Origin: Candidatus Nanoarchaeia archaeon
GTDB lineage: Archaea > Nanobdellota > Nanobdellia > Woesearchaeales > GW2011-AR9
Length of the DNA: 64,000 bases
Reading direction: 5' to 3'
NCBI GenBank assembly: GCA_035289845.1
Contig: DATDWB010000027.1
Location: 621 to 64,620, forward strand
Of this stretch, positions 17,710 through 27,236 are shown in pieces (positions within the stretch are counted from its first letter, which is position 1; each line of letters begins with the position of its first letter). Under the pieces are notes generated by a model. It ran no database searches. It had not been told where the DNA came from and saw only the letters and a list, made by a program, of their open reading frames with translations. The position numbers and the translations under genes are program-made.

Positions 17710-18061
17710 TTTAAATTCCTCCGTTTTAAAGAAAGAGTCAAATCACTAATTTCACTTAAACTTCTACCCTAAGCTAAACTGCTGGTTAAACTTTTTACTT
17801 AGCATCTCTTTTGATTGGTACCGGTGAGGTACTCTAAATGAATCGTGAAACTGCTCTTTCGGTTTAAATCTATGATTATGAAGCCCGTACTACTAACCCC
17901 CACGGTCAAAGCTTGGTACGCAAAAATCGAAGATTTTTGGCATCCTTTTCAGGACTTGGCCGTAAGCTCACGCAGGTACTCTCGCGACGGGCTAATTTAA
18001 AAATTTGAACTTCTAGTATATAAAGTATTCGGTCTAAAATTCTGGTTTGAAGATTTAAGCT

Positions 18062-18175
18062 AAAAAAAAATAAACCCAGCAGGCTCTTGCGAACCCGCCA
18101 GGGATACCCTTCCGGCCGAAGCCTTCTAGGAGACAGGAAGATTACTCCTCCTGCCTAAAAAGAGGTGGTTTTGAG
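18062..18175 (-). ncRNA. candidate small structured RNA (unassigned) ending in an oligo-T tract
   Basis: On the minus strand the locally GC-rich segment '...GGCUUCGGCC GGAAGGGUAUCCCUGGCGGGUUCGCAAGAGCCUGCUGGG' has a UUCG hairpin and ends in 'TTTATTTTTTTTT' (an archaeal terminator-like tract). It lies in the 560-nt non-coding gap upstream of dnaG. Identity unknown. Confidence 0.2.
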
Positions 18176-18277
18176 GTTTAAGTTTAAAAAATGAGGTTGA
18201 TTTATAAACCTTTTGTAATTTTTGTTACTTATAAGTGGTTTGATAAACTATTTAAATGATTAGCTTTCCGAACCTAT

Positions 18278-18934
18278 ATGTCCCTAGATAAAGTATTGGA
18301 TGAGAAGGAAATATATTGTATCGGAATTTATTGGACAGATGACGAATGGAATAAAAGGAAAGAAATAGTCTGGCCGCTGATTAGAGAAGAAGCCGATTTA
18401 TGCGCCTATGCTGGGATTTATTTTCTGGACGATCGTTACCAAGAATTAAAAGATGAACTTGAACAAAGAGTATTGAGCTCCCCCGATAGTTCTTATATTG
18501 CTATCCTTAGATGGAATGACAACCGGATTGGGCCAGTATTACAACAGGCAGCGGATGCAGTTTCAAAATCACCCCGCCACAGTTATCTGGCGGGAATAAA
18601 ATTGAGCGAAGTACGGTTCAATGAAATTGGTTATCTAATCTGCAGGGGTGTTCTTGAGAGCAAGGTGTATACTAATATTGTATTAGAAGTTAATCCTGAA
18701 ACTTGGGAAAGCTGCAGAAAAGAGACTCTACTCCGAATAGAACTGGAATTAGAAGAAATAAGGAAAAGCACCCAATCAGAACAGGAAAGAGAAAGAATAA
18801 AGAAAGGCGGACGAGTATCGGTAGCAGCGAATGATAAAGCCAAATTATCATTAAGCAAAGAAGGTAATTCTATAATCGAAACTCCCTCTTCGCCAAATCG
18901 ATGGTATCAGAAATTATGGCCTAATAAATCTTAA
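18278..18934 (+). CDS. hypothetical protein (218 aa)
   Basis: ORF only. Its stop codon abuts repeat copy B. Confidence 0.4.
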   Translation: MSLDKVLDEKEIYCIGIYWTDDEWNKRKEIVWPLIREEADLCAYAGIYFLDDRYQELKDELEQRVLSSPDSSYIAILRWNDNRIGPVLQQAADAVSKSPRHSYLAGIKLSEVRFNEIGYLICRGVLESKVYTNIVLEVNPETWESCRKETLLRIELELEEIRKSTQSEQERERIKKGGRVSVAANDKAKLSLSKEGNSIIETPSSPNRWYQKLWPNKS

Positions 18935-19054
18935 GAGAAGTTTGCATAATTAAATTATTTATCCGCAAACTTCTAAAGAGAATTTGAAATAAACGTAATT
19001 TTGGTATTAAACAACGATATATTTGCCAAAATTACTATTTTTCAAACTTCTCTT
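18933..19054. repeat. palindromic intergenic repeat element, copy B
   Basis: Hairpin 1 'AGAGAAGTTTGC-ATAATTAAATTATTTATCC-GCAAACTTCT'. Hairpin 2 'AGAGAATTTGAAA...GTAATTTTGG...CCAAAATTAC...TTTCAAACTTCTCT'. Near-identical to copy C at 53281. Confidence 0.6.
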
Positions 19055-19090
19055 AACAAGTTATTTATAACCCTCTTCTTTTATTCCCTC

Positions 19091-19795
19091 ATGGTCACTC
19101 TAACTTACCAGGAACGCTTCAAAACCATTAAAGGAGTGTTTGATGAATTTACCAACCGCACTTTGTTTATTTTACAAAAAAAAGGCTGTTTTGATAAATT
19201 GGTAAGCCCGATAGCCATAGGAAAAGAAAGCAACGTTTTCTTAGCCAGCCGAAACGACAGCCAGGTAATTGTTAAAATCTACCGCATTCAAAACGCTAAC
19301 TTCAGCAAGATGTTTAGTTATATCAAAAAAGATCCCCGTTATGGATTTCTTAAAAATCAGCGCCGGCAAGTTATATTGTCTTGGGCCCAGCGGGAATATA
19401 AGAATTTGCTGAAAGCTAACCAGCTTAAGATAAACATTCCAAAAGTTATCGGCTGGAAGAATCATATTTTAGTTGAAGAAATGGTGGGAGATGCTAACCC
19501 GGCACTTAGACTTAAAGATTCCCCTCCTAAAAATCCTTTAGCTATGTTTAAGGAGATAGTAACAGGAATAAGAACCTTATATAAAGGAGGGCTTATTCAT
19601 GGAGATTTGTCTCCCTTTAACATTCTTAATTTCCAAGAAAAACCCTATTTTATTGATTTTTCTCAAGCTACGATCACTAAAACGCCTAATTCAGAAGAAT
19701 TGCTGCAGCGGGATGTTAAGATTATCTGTAATTTTTTTAATAAAATGAATATTAGCGCCAATTTTAAGCAAACGTTTTTAAAAGTGACTAAGTAA
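19091..19795 (+). CDS. rio1: RIO-type serine/threonine protein kinase
   Basis: 'AIGKESNVFLA' Gly-loop-like segment, 'KIYR' Lys, catalytic 'LIHGDLSPFNIL' and 'FIDFSQA' metal-binding loop. Start set to the internal Met at 19091, because the 19001 start would run through the repeat. Confidence 0.8.
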   Translation: MVTLTYQERFKTIKGVFDEFTNRTLFILQKKGCFDKLVSPIAIGKESNVFLASRNDSQVIVKIYRIQNANFSKMFSYIKKDPRYGFLKNQRRQVILSWAQREYKNLLKANQLKINIPKVIGWKNHILVEEMVGDANPALRLKDSPPKNPLAMFKEIVTGIRTLYKGGLIHGDLSPFNILNFQEKPYFIDFSQATITKTPNSEELLQRDVKIICNFFNKMNISANFKQTFLKVTK

Positions 19796-19804
19796 TTACT
19801 TAAT

Positions 19805-20392
19805 ATGAAGAATAGCCTGGAGAAGACAAGTAAACCACCTAAAGATAGTTCTAATTATAACAATATGGATTCGTTTGCCTATGAATTAAAAATACCTTTG
19901 GAAAGAGTAGCGGTTCTTATTGGAAAAGAGGGGGAGACTAAGAATAAAATAGAGGAGATGACCCAGAGCAGGCTGAATATATCCCCCGAAGGTGATGTGG
20001 CTATTTCCGGAGAGGATGGATTTATGCTGTATACCACTAAAGAAATAGTCCTGGCTATTGCTAGAGGTTTTAACCCCAATACCGCTTTGATGCTGCTAAA
20101 AACGGATTATGCTTTAGAGATTATCAATCTGCGAGATATTGCTGGAAAGAGCAAGAATACTTTAGAAAGATTAAAAGGCCGAATCATAGGCAAAGGCGGC
20201 AAGGCTAGGGAAGAAATAGAACGGCTGACTTCCACCAAAATATCAGTATATGGTAAAACAGTGGGCATAATTGGGGAAGCGGGAGAAGTTACCCTAGCTA
20301 GAGAAGCGGCAGCTATGCTGCTGCAAGGATCAATGCATAAAACTGTATTCCAGTTTTTAGAACGGAAGAAAAAACAAGCTTTATTTGGATAA
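19805..20392 (+). CDS. KH-domain RNA-binding protein (Dim2/Pno1-like partner of RIO kinase)
   Basis: Two KH-like GxxG segments ('VLIGKEGETKNKI', 'RIIGKGGKAREEI'). Conserved archaeal rio-KH gene pair. Confidence 0.7.
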   Translation: MKNSLEKTSKPPKDSSNYNNMDSFAYELKIPLERVAVLIGKEGETKNKIEEMTQSRLNISPEGDVAISGEDGFMLYTTKEIVLAIARGFNPNTALMLLKTDYALEIINLRDIAGKSKNTLERLKGRIIGKGGKAREEIERLTSTKISVYGKTVGIIGEAGEVTLAREAAAMLLQGSMHKTVFQFLERKKKQALFG

Positions 20393-20444
20393 ACCCTAGT
20401 TTAGAAAAATATTTATATTTTGCAATCTTTCTGAGAATAATTAC

Positions 20445-20684
20445 TTGAAATATATGGAAAGGGAATCAAAAAAAGATTGGAAGCGTATTTTGGCGTTTAT
20501 AGGAGTAATTGTTAGTATAATAATGTTGGCTATAATTTCCTTCAGCAGCCACAGTTCTAATTCCATTACGGGAGCTGCTACGGCAGGATTTAGTTATTCC
20601 ACTTTTTCCTCCGGCATAATTACAGTGTTATCAATAATTGGATTAATTATTTCGATAGTTTCCTTAAATAGATTAAATAAGTGA
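20445..20684 (+). CDS. small membrane protein (79 aa), hypothetical
   Basis: Two hydrophobic helices. Stop TGA at 20682..20684, immediately followed by the MITE-like element. Confidence 0.3.
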   Translation: MKYMERESKKDWKRILAFIGVIVSIIMLAIISFSSHSSNSITGAATAGFSYSTFSSGIITVLSIIGLIISIVSLNRLNK

Positions 20685-20694
20685 GATTTTAGGG

Positions 20695-20814
20695 GGTCTG
20701 TCCAGAATGGAATGTATTTGTATACTGGAGCACGGCGCGATTATAAATTTCCTTCGTAAATTTATGCGCCTCTTTTGGCGCCAGTATACAAAATGGCGTT
20801 ATTCTGGACAGACC
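20695..20814. mobile_element. MITE-like non-autonomous element: 14-bp perfect TIRs flanked by a 9-bp direct repeat
   Basis: Left TIR 'GGTCTGTCCAGAAT' (20695..20708). Right TIR 'ATTCTGGACAGACC' (20801..20814). Flanking 'ATTTTAGGG' at 20686..20694 and 20816..20824 (putative TSD). Interior is itself a long nested hairpin (TTGTATACTGG/CCAGTATACAA, GGCGC/GCGCC). Confidence 0.55.
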
Positions 20815-20830
20815 AATTTTAGGGTAAATA

Positions 20831-21643
20831 TTAAATTTTTTTCAAATCTTTTCTTATTTTATAAGCCTTTTCGGCATCGTCTATAATAGAAGTATCAACT
20901 TCCTGAATAAACATTTCTTCCTGATTATGATTTAATTTTTTAAACACACCTTTAAACGGCCCCGTGATCTGGGAATGCCCCGTTAAGGTCCATTTTTTAT
21001 TTTTAAATTTAAATTTCCCAGCGGCATTACAAAAAACATGGATAATCTCATTTTCACAAGCCCGGCTCAAACAACACGAATCAATAAATATTTCTTCAGC
21101 TTGAGGATTATGATGCAGGCCTCGGGAGGAAGCATCTTGGTTGCTCCAAAAAGAGGAACAAATTATTATTTTAGCTCCTTTTTTAACCATCAAACGATAA
21201 ACTTCCGGAAAGGCCAAATCCCAGCAGATGGTCAGCCCAATTTTACCCCATTTAGTATTAAATACTTCTACCTCTGATCCGGAAGTTAAGTAAGGGCGTT
21301 CGGGATGCCATAAATTGATTTTGTGATATTTTCCTTTTACTTTTCCTTTAGAATCAATGTAATAAACTGTATTAAAAATTTTGGTTTTATACTGAGTCTG
21401 CATAGAACCGGTAACAATATCCAACTTATATTTCCGGGCTAAGACCTGAAATTTCTGCCTTAATTCGCCGTGTTTATCCTGGAAATTCCAAGAAAAGATA
21501 TATTCAGGGAAAACAATAAGATCTGCTTTCCGAGTTGCTTTTTGAAGATAAGATTCTATTTTCTCAAATCTGTTCTCAACACTAGAATCATCTAAAGATA
21601 ACTGCACCACCGCTATCTTAAATTTCATAAGATAACAGTTCAA
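20831..21643 (-). CDS. carbon-nitrogen hydrolase (nitrilase superfamily)
   Basis: Glu-Lys-Cys triad context 'IVFPEY', 'KINLW', '[12 protein letters not shown]'. The start may be the internal Met at 21628 (MKFKIAVVQ). Confidence 0.8.
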   Translation of the reverse strand: MNCYLMKFKIAVVQLSLDDSSVENRFEKIESYLQKATRKADLIVFPEYIFSWNFQDKHGELRQKFQVLARKYKLDIVTGSMQTQYKTKIFNTVYYIDSKGKVKGKYHKINLWHPERPYLTSGSEVEVFNTKWGKIGLTICWDLAFPEVYRLMVKKGAKIIICSSFWSNQDASSRGLHHNPQAEEIFIDSCCLSRACENEIIHVFCNAAGKFKFKNKKWTLTGHSQITGPFKGVFKKLNHNQEEMFIQEVDTSIIDDAEKAYKIRKDLKKI

Positions 21644-21767
21644 ATCAAATATTATTAAACCTTCTTACTACTTGATAGTTCAAAATAAAAGCAATGTCAC
21701 TTCACTGAAGCTGCTCCAGACCATCCAGACCAAAATTTATATAAATGAAACTATTTCTCAAATAAAC

Positions 21768-23492
21768 ATGACTCAAAAGACGGCCGAGGAATTAGCTAAA
21801 AAGCAGCGAGAGATTTCTATCGCTGAATTCTTTGAAAAAAACCGGCATTTGCTGGGTTTTGACAATCCCCGAAGAGCTTTATTAACCGCAATCAAGGAAG
21901 CAGTAGACAATGCCTTAGATGCCTGTGAAGAAGCCCGAATTCTGCCGGAAATTAATGTTGAAATAATCCAATTGGAAGAAACTAGGTTTAGGATGGTAGT
22001 GGAAGATAACGGACCAGGGATAATAAAAAAACAAATCCCCCGAATTTTTGCCAAATTGCTGTACGGTTCAAAATTCCACAAATTATCGGCTACTCGGGGA
22101 CAGCAAGGAATAGGAATTTCAGCCGCAGTGTTATACGGCCAGTTGACCACTGGAAAACCAGCCACTATAATTTCCAAAACTGAAGTCAATAAAAAAGCCC
22201 AGCTGGTTAAATTAAAAATTAATACTCAAATTAATGAACCACAAATAATCGAAGAAACAGAAATAGATTGGGAAAACAAAGATCATGGAACCAAAATTGA
22301 AATTGATTTTGAAGGCAGTTATAACAAAGGCCGACAATCAGTAGATGAATACCTTAAAGAAACGGCCATTGTAAACCCGCATTGTACCATCATTTTTACC
22401 AATCCGGAAGCCAACCAAATTATTTTTCCCCGGGCCAGCCCAAATCTTCCTCCTGAGCCTAAAGAAATTAAGCCTCACCCTTATGGAATAGAATTGGGAA
22501 GGTTGATCAAGATGTTAGAACTAACTGAAGCCAAGACCTTGCAGCAATTTCTAACAGATGAATTTGTACGAGTTGGACCAGGAACCGCTAAACAAATTTG
22601 TGAAAATTCAGCTCTGCTGCCTCGAACTAACCCTAAACAGATCAGCCGGGACATGGCGGAAAATTTACATAAGGGAATTAACAAAACCAAAATTATTGCC
22701 CCGCCGACGGATTGCATCTCTCCCATCGGAGATGATTTGCTGGAAAGGGGATTGAGAAAAGAAATTAACGCTGAATTTTACTGCGCAGTAACTCGGCCGG
22801 CAGCAGTTTACCGGGGAAACCCCTTTGTAATTGAAGCAGCTCTAGCTTTCGGAGGAGAACAGGAAGCAGATAAGTCCATCCGGGTAATGCGTTTTGCTAA
22901 CCGAGTTCCGTTATTATACCAACAAGGAGCCTGTGGGATTACTAAAGCCATTCAAGATACAGCCTGGAGATCGTATGGACTGCAGCAAAGTAAAAATTCC
23001 TTGCCAGTTGGCCCGTGCACTATTTTAGTTCACATGACTTCAGTTTGGGTTCCGTTTACTTCTGAATCTAAGGAAGCTTTAGCCCATTACCCAGAAATAA
23101 TTAAAGAAATACGGCTAGCTTTGCAGGAGTGCGGGCGGAAACTAGGGTCATTTGTCAATAAAAAAAGACGAATCCGAGATGAAGCTAAAAAAAGAGGTTA
23201 TATTGAGAAATATATATCCCACGTAGCCGATGCCTTAGGTGAACTTATTGGCTTAAGTGAAGCTGATAAGAAAAAAACCGAAGATGATTTATATAAAATA
23301 CTGGAATCTACCCGAGGTCAATTAGAAGAGATTAAAGTTGACAATCCTGAATATGATGCCGAAATGGCCAAAATAGGCCGGGAAGAAGAAGAATTTGAAC
23401 CAGAAAAAATTGAGTCCACCAGAAAAGCAAAAAAAGGAAAGCAAACTAAATTAGTAGATGAGGATCAATATTCAGAAGAGGAGCAGGAATAA
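21768..23492 (+). CDS. top6B: DNA topoisomerase VI subunit B
   Basis: '[39 protein letters not shown]' (Bergerat/GHKL ATPase N-terminus) and 'VEDNGPGI'. Start set to 21768 (MTQKT). About 574 aa. Confidence 0.9.
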   Translation: MTQKTAEELAKKQREISIAEFFEKNRHLLGFDNPRRALLTAIKEAVDNALDACEEARILPEINVEIIQLEETRFRMVVEDNGPGIIKKQIPRIFAKLLYGSKFHKLSATRGQQGIGISAAVLYGQLTTGKPATIISKTEVNKKAQLVKLKINTQINEPQIIEETEIDWENKDHGTKIEIDFEGSYNKGRQSVDEYLKETAIVNPHCTIIFTNPEANQIIFPRASPNLPPEPKEIKPHPYGIELGRLIKMLELTEAKTLQQFLTDEFVRVGPGTAKQICENSALLPRTNPKQISRDMAENLHKGINKTKIIAPPTDCISPIGDDLLERGLRKEINAEFYCAVTRPAAVYRGNPFVIEAALAFGGEQEADKSIRVMRFANRVPLLYQQGACGITKAIQDTAWRSYGLQQSKNSLPVGPCTILVHMTSVWVPFTSESKEALAHYPEIIKEIRLALQECGRKLGSFVNKKRRIRDEAKKRGYIEKYISHVADALGELIGLSEADKKKTEDDLYKILESTRGQLEEIKVDNPEYDAEMAKIGREEEEFEPEKIESTRKAKKGKQTKLVDEDQYSEEEQE

Positions 23493-23502
23493 ATTAACTA
23501 AA

Positions 23503-24612
23503 ATGGCAGAGTCAAAAAAAGTAGAGAAAGAAAATAAAGTTGTAATTAAGATTGTGGATATAGCGAAAGATATTTACACCAAAATTAGGAAATTGAAACG
23601 GCCGGAATTAGATATGCCTATTCGCTCACTAACCAATGTGTCCTACAATGAAAAAGATGGATTTTTCGAAGTATTAGGAAACAAAAAAACTAGGACATTA
23701 TCTGCTTCCACCATTAAAACATTTGCGCAGACTTTACGCATGATGAGTTTATCTAGGGATCTCATTAAAACAAATGACATTGCCACCAAGAGGGAGGCCT
23801 ACTATGTAAGTAAAAACTGGGGGGAAGCTAGATTCAACGAGCAGCCGGAGTCAGATACCGTAATGGATGACATTGAAGCAATGATGGGAGTCAACCGGGA
23901 ACAGATTGGATTTATTCCCGAAGAAAAAGGCGGAGCAGTGGCGGGGGAGATGATAGTTATCGACAAAGATCCGGATACTAACAAAGATTTAGAAATTGAT
24001 TGCACCAAGTTTGGATCGGGGGCCTATTCCATCCCTAGCTCAGTTGAACATTTGAAATTTAAGACTAAAGCCAAGTTTATATTAGCTATTGAAACCAGCG
24101 GTATGTTTGAACGCTTGAATAAACATAAATATTGGAAGAAAGCTAATTGCATCTTGATTTCCATGGGTGGAGTTCCCACTCGAGCTTGCCGGAGATTTAT
24201 CAGAAAATTAGCAGATGAACAAAATATACCAGTGCATGTATTTACTGACGGCGATTTTTATGGATATTTTAATATTTATCGAACTTTGAAAGTTGGATCG
24301 GGAAATGCGGCGCACATCAATGAGTTTTTCTGCGTGCCTCAAGCTCAGTTCATAGGAATAACCCCTCAAGATATAATAGATTATAAGCTGCCAACTCATC
24401 CTTTGAAAGAAGTTGATATTAAACGCGCCCGGGATGCCTTAAAAAACGATCCTTTTGTACAGCATTACAAAGAATGGCAGAAAGCGGCTGAGCAGCAGAT
24501 GAAAATGAAAGCCCGTGCGGAGCAGCAGGCGTTAGCCAAGCACGGATTAAATTTTGTGATTGACAAATATTTGCCAGATAAGATCAAGGATAAGAGAACG
24601 TGGCTGCCTTGA
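23503..24612 (+). CDS. top6A: DNA topoisomerase VI subunit A (Spo11-like)
   Basis: Winged-helix plus Toprim. '...REAYYVSKNWGEARFNEQPESD...' and 'LAIETSGMF...HVFTDGDFYGYFNI'. Immediately follows top6B. An alternative start at 23458 would overlap the top6B 3' end. Confidence 0.85.
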   Translation: MAESKKVEKENKVVIKIVDIAKDIYTKIRKLKRPELDMPIRSLTNVSYNEKDGFFEVLGNKKTRTLSASTIKTFAQTLRMMSLSRDLIKTNDIATKREAYYVSKNWGEARFNEQPESDTVMDDIEAMMGVNREQIGFIPEEKGGAVAGEMIVIDKDPDTNKDLEIDCTKFGSGAYSIPSSVEHLKFKTKAKFILAIETSGMFERLNKHKYWKKANCILISMGGVPTRACRRFIRKLADEQNIPVHVFTDGDFYGYFNIYRTLKVGSGNAAHINEFFCVPQAQFIGITPQDIIDYKLPTHPLKEVDIKRARDALKNDPFVQHYKEWQKAAEQQMKMKARAEQQALAKHGLNFVIDKYLPDKIKDKRTWLP

Positions 24613-24709
24613 GTTAAGGGTGTAGGAAATCATTGGTAAAGCTGGTTTTAATTTAGTTCTTTAAAAAATATTCCCTAAATTTTATAAACTATTAAGGTAC
24701 TTTCCTACT

Positions 24710-25276
24710 ATGAAACTAAAAACAATCCTATTCTTGATCCTACTGATCGGTGGAGGATACTTGTTATTTAAAGGAAATTTATTAGGAGGAAATTCTATGA
24801 CCACAGCAACATTTGAAACATCATTAGGTACGTTCAAGATAGAGCTTTTTACTGAGGAGATGCCACTAACGACCAAAAATTTTATTGATTTGGCTGAAAA
24901 AGGATTTTACAACGGGCAGCGCTTCCATCGAGTGATTGAAAATTTCATGATACAAGGCGGCGATCCGCTAACCAAAAATGAATCTATGCAGCAATTCTGG
25001 GGTACTGGCGGGCCAGGATACAAGATTGAGGATGAATTTTCCGATGAATTTAGCAATCTTCGAGGAACCTTGGCCATGGCCAATAGCGGCCCAAATACTG
25101 GAGGCAGTCAATTCTTTATTAATGTGGCAGATAATATTTACCTGGACAGCAAGCACCCGGTATTTGGAAAAGTTGTTGAGGGTATGGAAATAGTGGAGGC
25201 TATCAGTAAAGTAGAGGCTGATGAACAAGATCGGCCAATAGAGGAAGTAGTTGTGGAAATAGTTAAGATAGGATAA
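24710..25276 (+). CDS. ppiB: cyclophilin-type peptidyl-prolyl cis-trans isomerase with N-terminal membrane anchor
   Basis: 'FHRVIENFMIQGGDP', 'GTLAMANSGPNTGGSQFFINVADN', 'VFGKVVEGMEIV'. Confidence 0.9.
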   Translation: MKLKTILFLILLIGGGYLLFKGNLLGGNSMTTATFETSLGTFKIELFTEEMPLTTKNFIDLAEKGFYNGQRFHRVIENFMIQGGDPLTKNESMQQFWGTGGPGYKIEDEFSDEFSNLRGTLAMANSGPNTGGSQFFINVADNIYLDSKHPVFGKVVEGMEIVEAISKVEADEQDRPIEEVVVEIVKIG

Positions 25277-25331
25277 GTTTAATTTTCTTATCAGAAATAT
25301 TTAAAAGTTAGGTGAATAATAGAACCACGAT

Positions 25332-25427
25332 GGGTCCGTAGCCTAGCCTGGATAGGGCGACAGCCTTCTAAGCTGTAGATCGGGGGTTCGAATCGGCCTA
25401 ATAACCACGAAAGTCCCCTCGGACCCA
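25332..25427 (+). tRNA. tRNA-Arg(TCT) with ~21-nt insertion (putative intron) in the T-loop/T-stem junction
   Basis: Acceptor GGGTCCG/CGGACCC, D-arm GCCTAGCCTGGATAGGGC, anticodon stem ACAGC/GCTGT with loop CTTCTAA, T-stem GGGGG + TTCGAAT. Then 'CGGCCTAATAACCACGAAAGT' intervenes before the 3' T-stem CCCCT. A/T-rich box ~25 nt upstream and an oligo-T tract downstream. Confidence 0.75.
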
Positions 25428-25492
25428 TTTTTATTTGATCTTTCCTTTCATTCGGAAACTTTTTAAAGCAGATAGGTTTCGATCACTACTAT

Positions 25493-25625
25493 GCGCCCGT
25501 CGCCAAGCGGCTAAGGCAATCGCCTGCAGATCGGCTAGTATCAGCCTTTATCGGCCATAACTAGGAGACAGCGATTATACGAGGGTTCGAGCTGTGCTTA
25601 GTACACGAAATTCCCTCCGGGCGCT
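25493..25625 (+). tRNA. tRNA-Cys(GCA) with two putative introns (~40 nt at 37/38 and ~20 nt in the T-loop)
   Basis: Acceptor GCGCCCG/CGGGCGC, D-arm GCCAAGCGGCTAAGGC, anticodon stem ATCGC/GCGAT with loop CTGCAG|...|A interrupted by ~40 nt. T-stem GAGGG + TTCGAGC, then 'TGTGCTTAGTACACGAAAT', then CCCTC. TATA-like 'TTTTTAAAG' upstream, oligo-T downstream. Confidence 0.7.
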
Positions 25626-25688
25626 TTATTTTCTTAATTACCTTAAAGTAAATAAATTTTATAATAATTTTTCCACTTCTTCTAATAA

Positions 25689-27236
25689 ATGCCATCACTT
25701 AGAGAATCGGTAGTTAGAGAATATAAACAAGCTTACTTGGAAGCTCAACAGGAACTAGAAAAAATAATTGGTCCCTTAAATCTTGAGGAATATGATTACT
25801 TTTTAGAACAGCAATCAGAATTGTCTAAACCGTTAACCCCTTCTAGTTCGGAAGATATTGAAGAAAAGGCTTCAATTGCGGACGTTATTTATTTGGGTGA
25901 TATTTATGGGTTGAGAGGTATGAAGCTAAATTATATTAATTTAGTGGAATATTTTAGGAATTATGACCGGCCAACTATTCTAGCGGTAGATTATTATAGT
26001 AAAGATGACCAGAAAGGTATCGATAAATACCTATCCGGAAAAATTCCTTTAGAAAAACTTAGAACTTCTGCCACTAAAAAAAGCTGCTTCTCAATTGAAA
26101 GTTGGGAAAAAATAATGGAATATGCCAAAACTAAGGGCTGTTTTGTAATGGCTTTAGGTGTTGAATCTAATATCTTAGAGCAGAAAGATGAATTTATGGC
26201 CACAGAAATTAATTCAATCTTAACTGAATTTGAAAACCCGCAAGTATTTGTCCTTACTGGGAACCATCATCTCTCTAAAAATCATTTGCCGAAAAAACTG
26301 GAACTTAAATTGGGATACCAACCTAGGGAGGTAGTTATTTTCCAGGGGGAAGAAAAAATATATTGGGAATTGATGGACCAAGGATTAGAAAATTCAGTTT
26401 CCGTAGTTAAAATAGACGAGTCAACTTATGCTTTAAATAATGTTCCCCCCCTTCTTAAAATGAACTCTTTCCTAAATTTTGAAGAGTTTGAATCCGGGGA
26501 AATTTCCAGCTCGGAAATAGTGGAATTGTATATCAATTCATTGCGCGAAGTTCTTCGGAAAGGTATAGGATTAGATGAAGATTACCAGGGATCTATTTCG
26601 GTAATAACTACTAAAAAAGACCTAGAAGAAAAATTACAGTTTCTGGGGAAAAAGATAAATCCAGAATTGCAAGTTAAATTATTAGAACGGGCAGATAAAG
26701 GAATAAGTTTTTTTCATACTGATCCTAGATTTATATATTTGGCCGATTTAGAAACCAAATTTATTGCAGAAGAATTGGGGCACAGCCTTACTATATCAGC
26801 CCAGAAACTTGATTCGGAAGATAAAAAATTTGGGGTAGAACATTTCTTCATGAAAGTTTTAGATGAAGCTTTGGCTTACGTAGTGACAAAAACCCTCTGT
26901 CAAGAACATTCGGTGGCCCCCATACCCAGTTCTATGGAACCAAAGATTTATGAAAATCTAGTCAAAGGGATAAACCTGATACCTTACTTGGAAAAGATTG
27001 AGAACCTATATCCTAAGGATCTGGAAGCCGTTAAGCAAATGTTTGTCCCAGAAGAAATAGAGTTTCATATTGCCACCCATTACTTAGGGCATTCGTTAGG
27101 AGAGAGTTGGTATAATTTGATTTTAGGAGATAATATCCCCTTAAAAGAAGGGTTAGATCTTTTCAAAAGAGAATTTATTACAACCTCAACCTGCTTTGAA
27201 GAATATATCAGATTAGTGGAAAAAGTTAGAAGTTAA
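25689..27236 (+). CDS. hypothetical protein (515 aa)
   Basis: Long ORF with consistent coding composition. No motif recognised. Confidence 0.4.
   Translation: MPSLRESVVREYKQAYLEAQQELEKIIGPLNLEEYDYFLEQQSELSKPLTPSSSEDIEEKASIADVIYLGDIYGLRGMKLNYINLVEYFRNYDRPTILAVDYYSKDDQKGIDKYLSGKIPLEKLRTSATKKSCFSIESWEKIMEYAKTKGCFVMALGVESNILEQKDEFMATEINSILTEFENPQVFVLTGNHHLSKNHLPKKLELKLGYQPREVVIFQGEEKIYWELMDQGLENSVSVVKIDESTYALNNVPPLLKMNSFLNFEEFESGEISSSEIVELYINSLREVLRKGIGLDEDYQGSISVITTKKDLEEKLQFLGKKINPELQVKLLERADKGISFFHTDPRFIYLADLETKFIAEELGHSLTISAQKLDSEDKKFGVEHFFMKVLDEALAYVVTKTLCQEHSVAPIPSSMEPKIYENLVKGINLIPYLEKIENLYPKDLEAVKQMFVPEEIEFHIATHYLGHSLGESWYNLILGDNIPLKEGLDLFKREFITTSTCFEEYIRLVEKVRS

Noticed and set aside
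19001-19090. N-terminal extension of the RIO kinase ORF starting at 19001.
   Set aside because: The extension would translate through repeat copy B. The internal Met at 19091 gives a RIO kinase of normal length.
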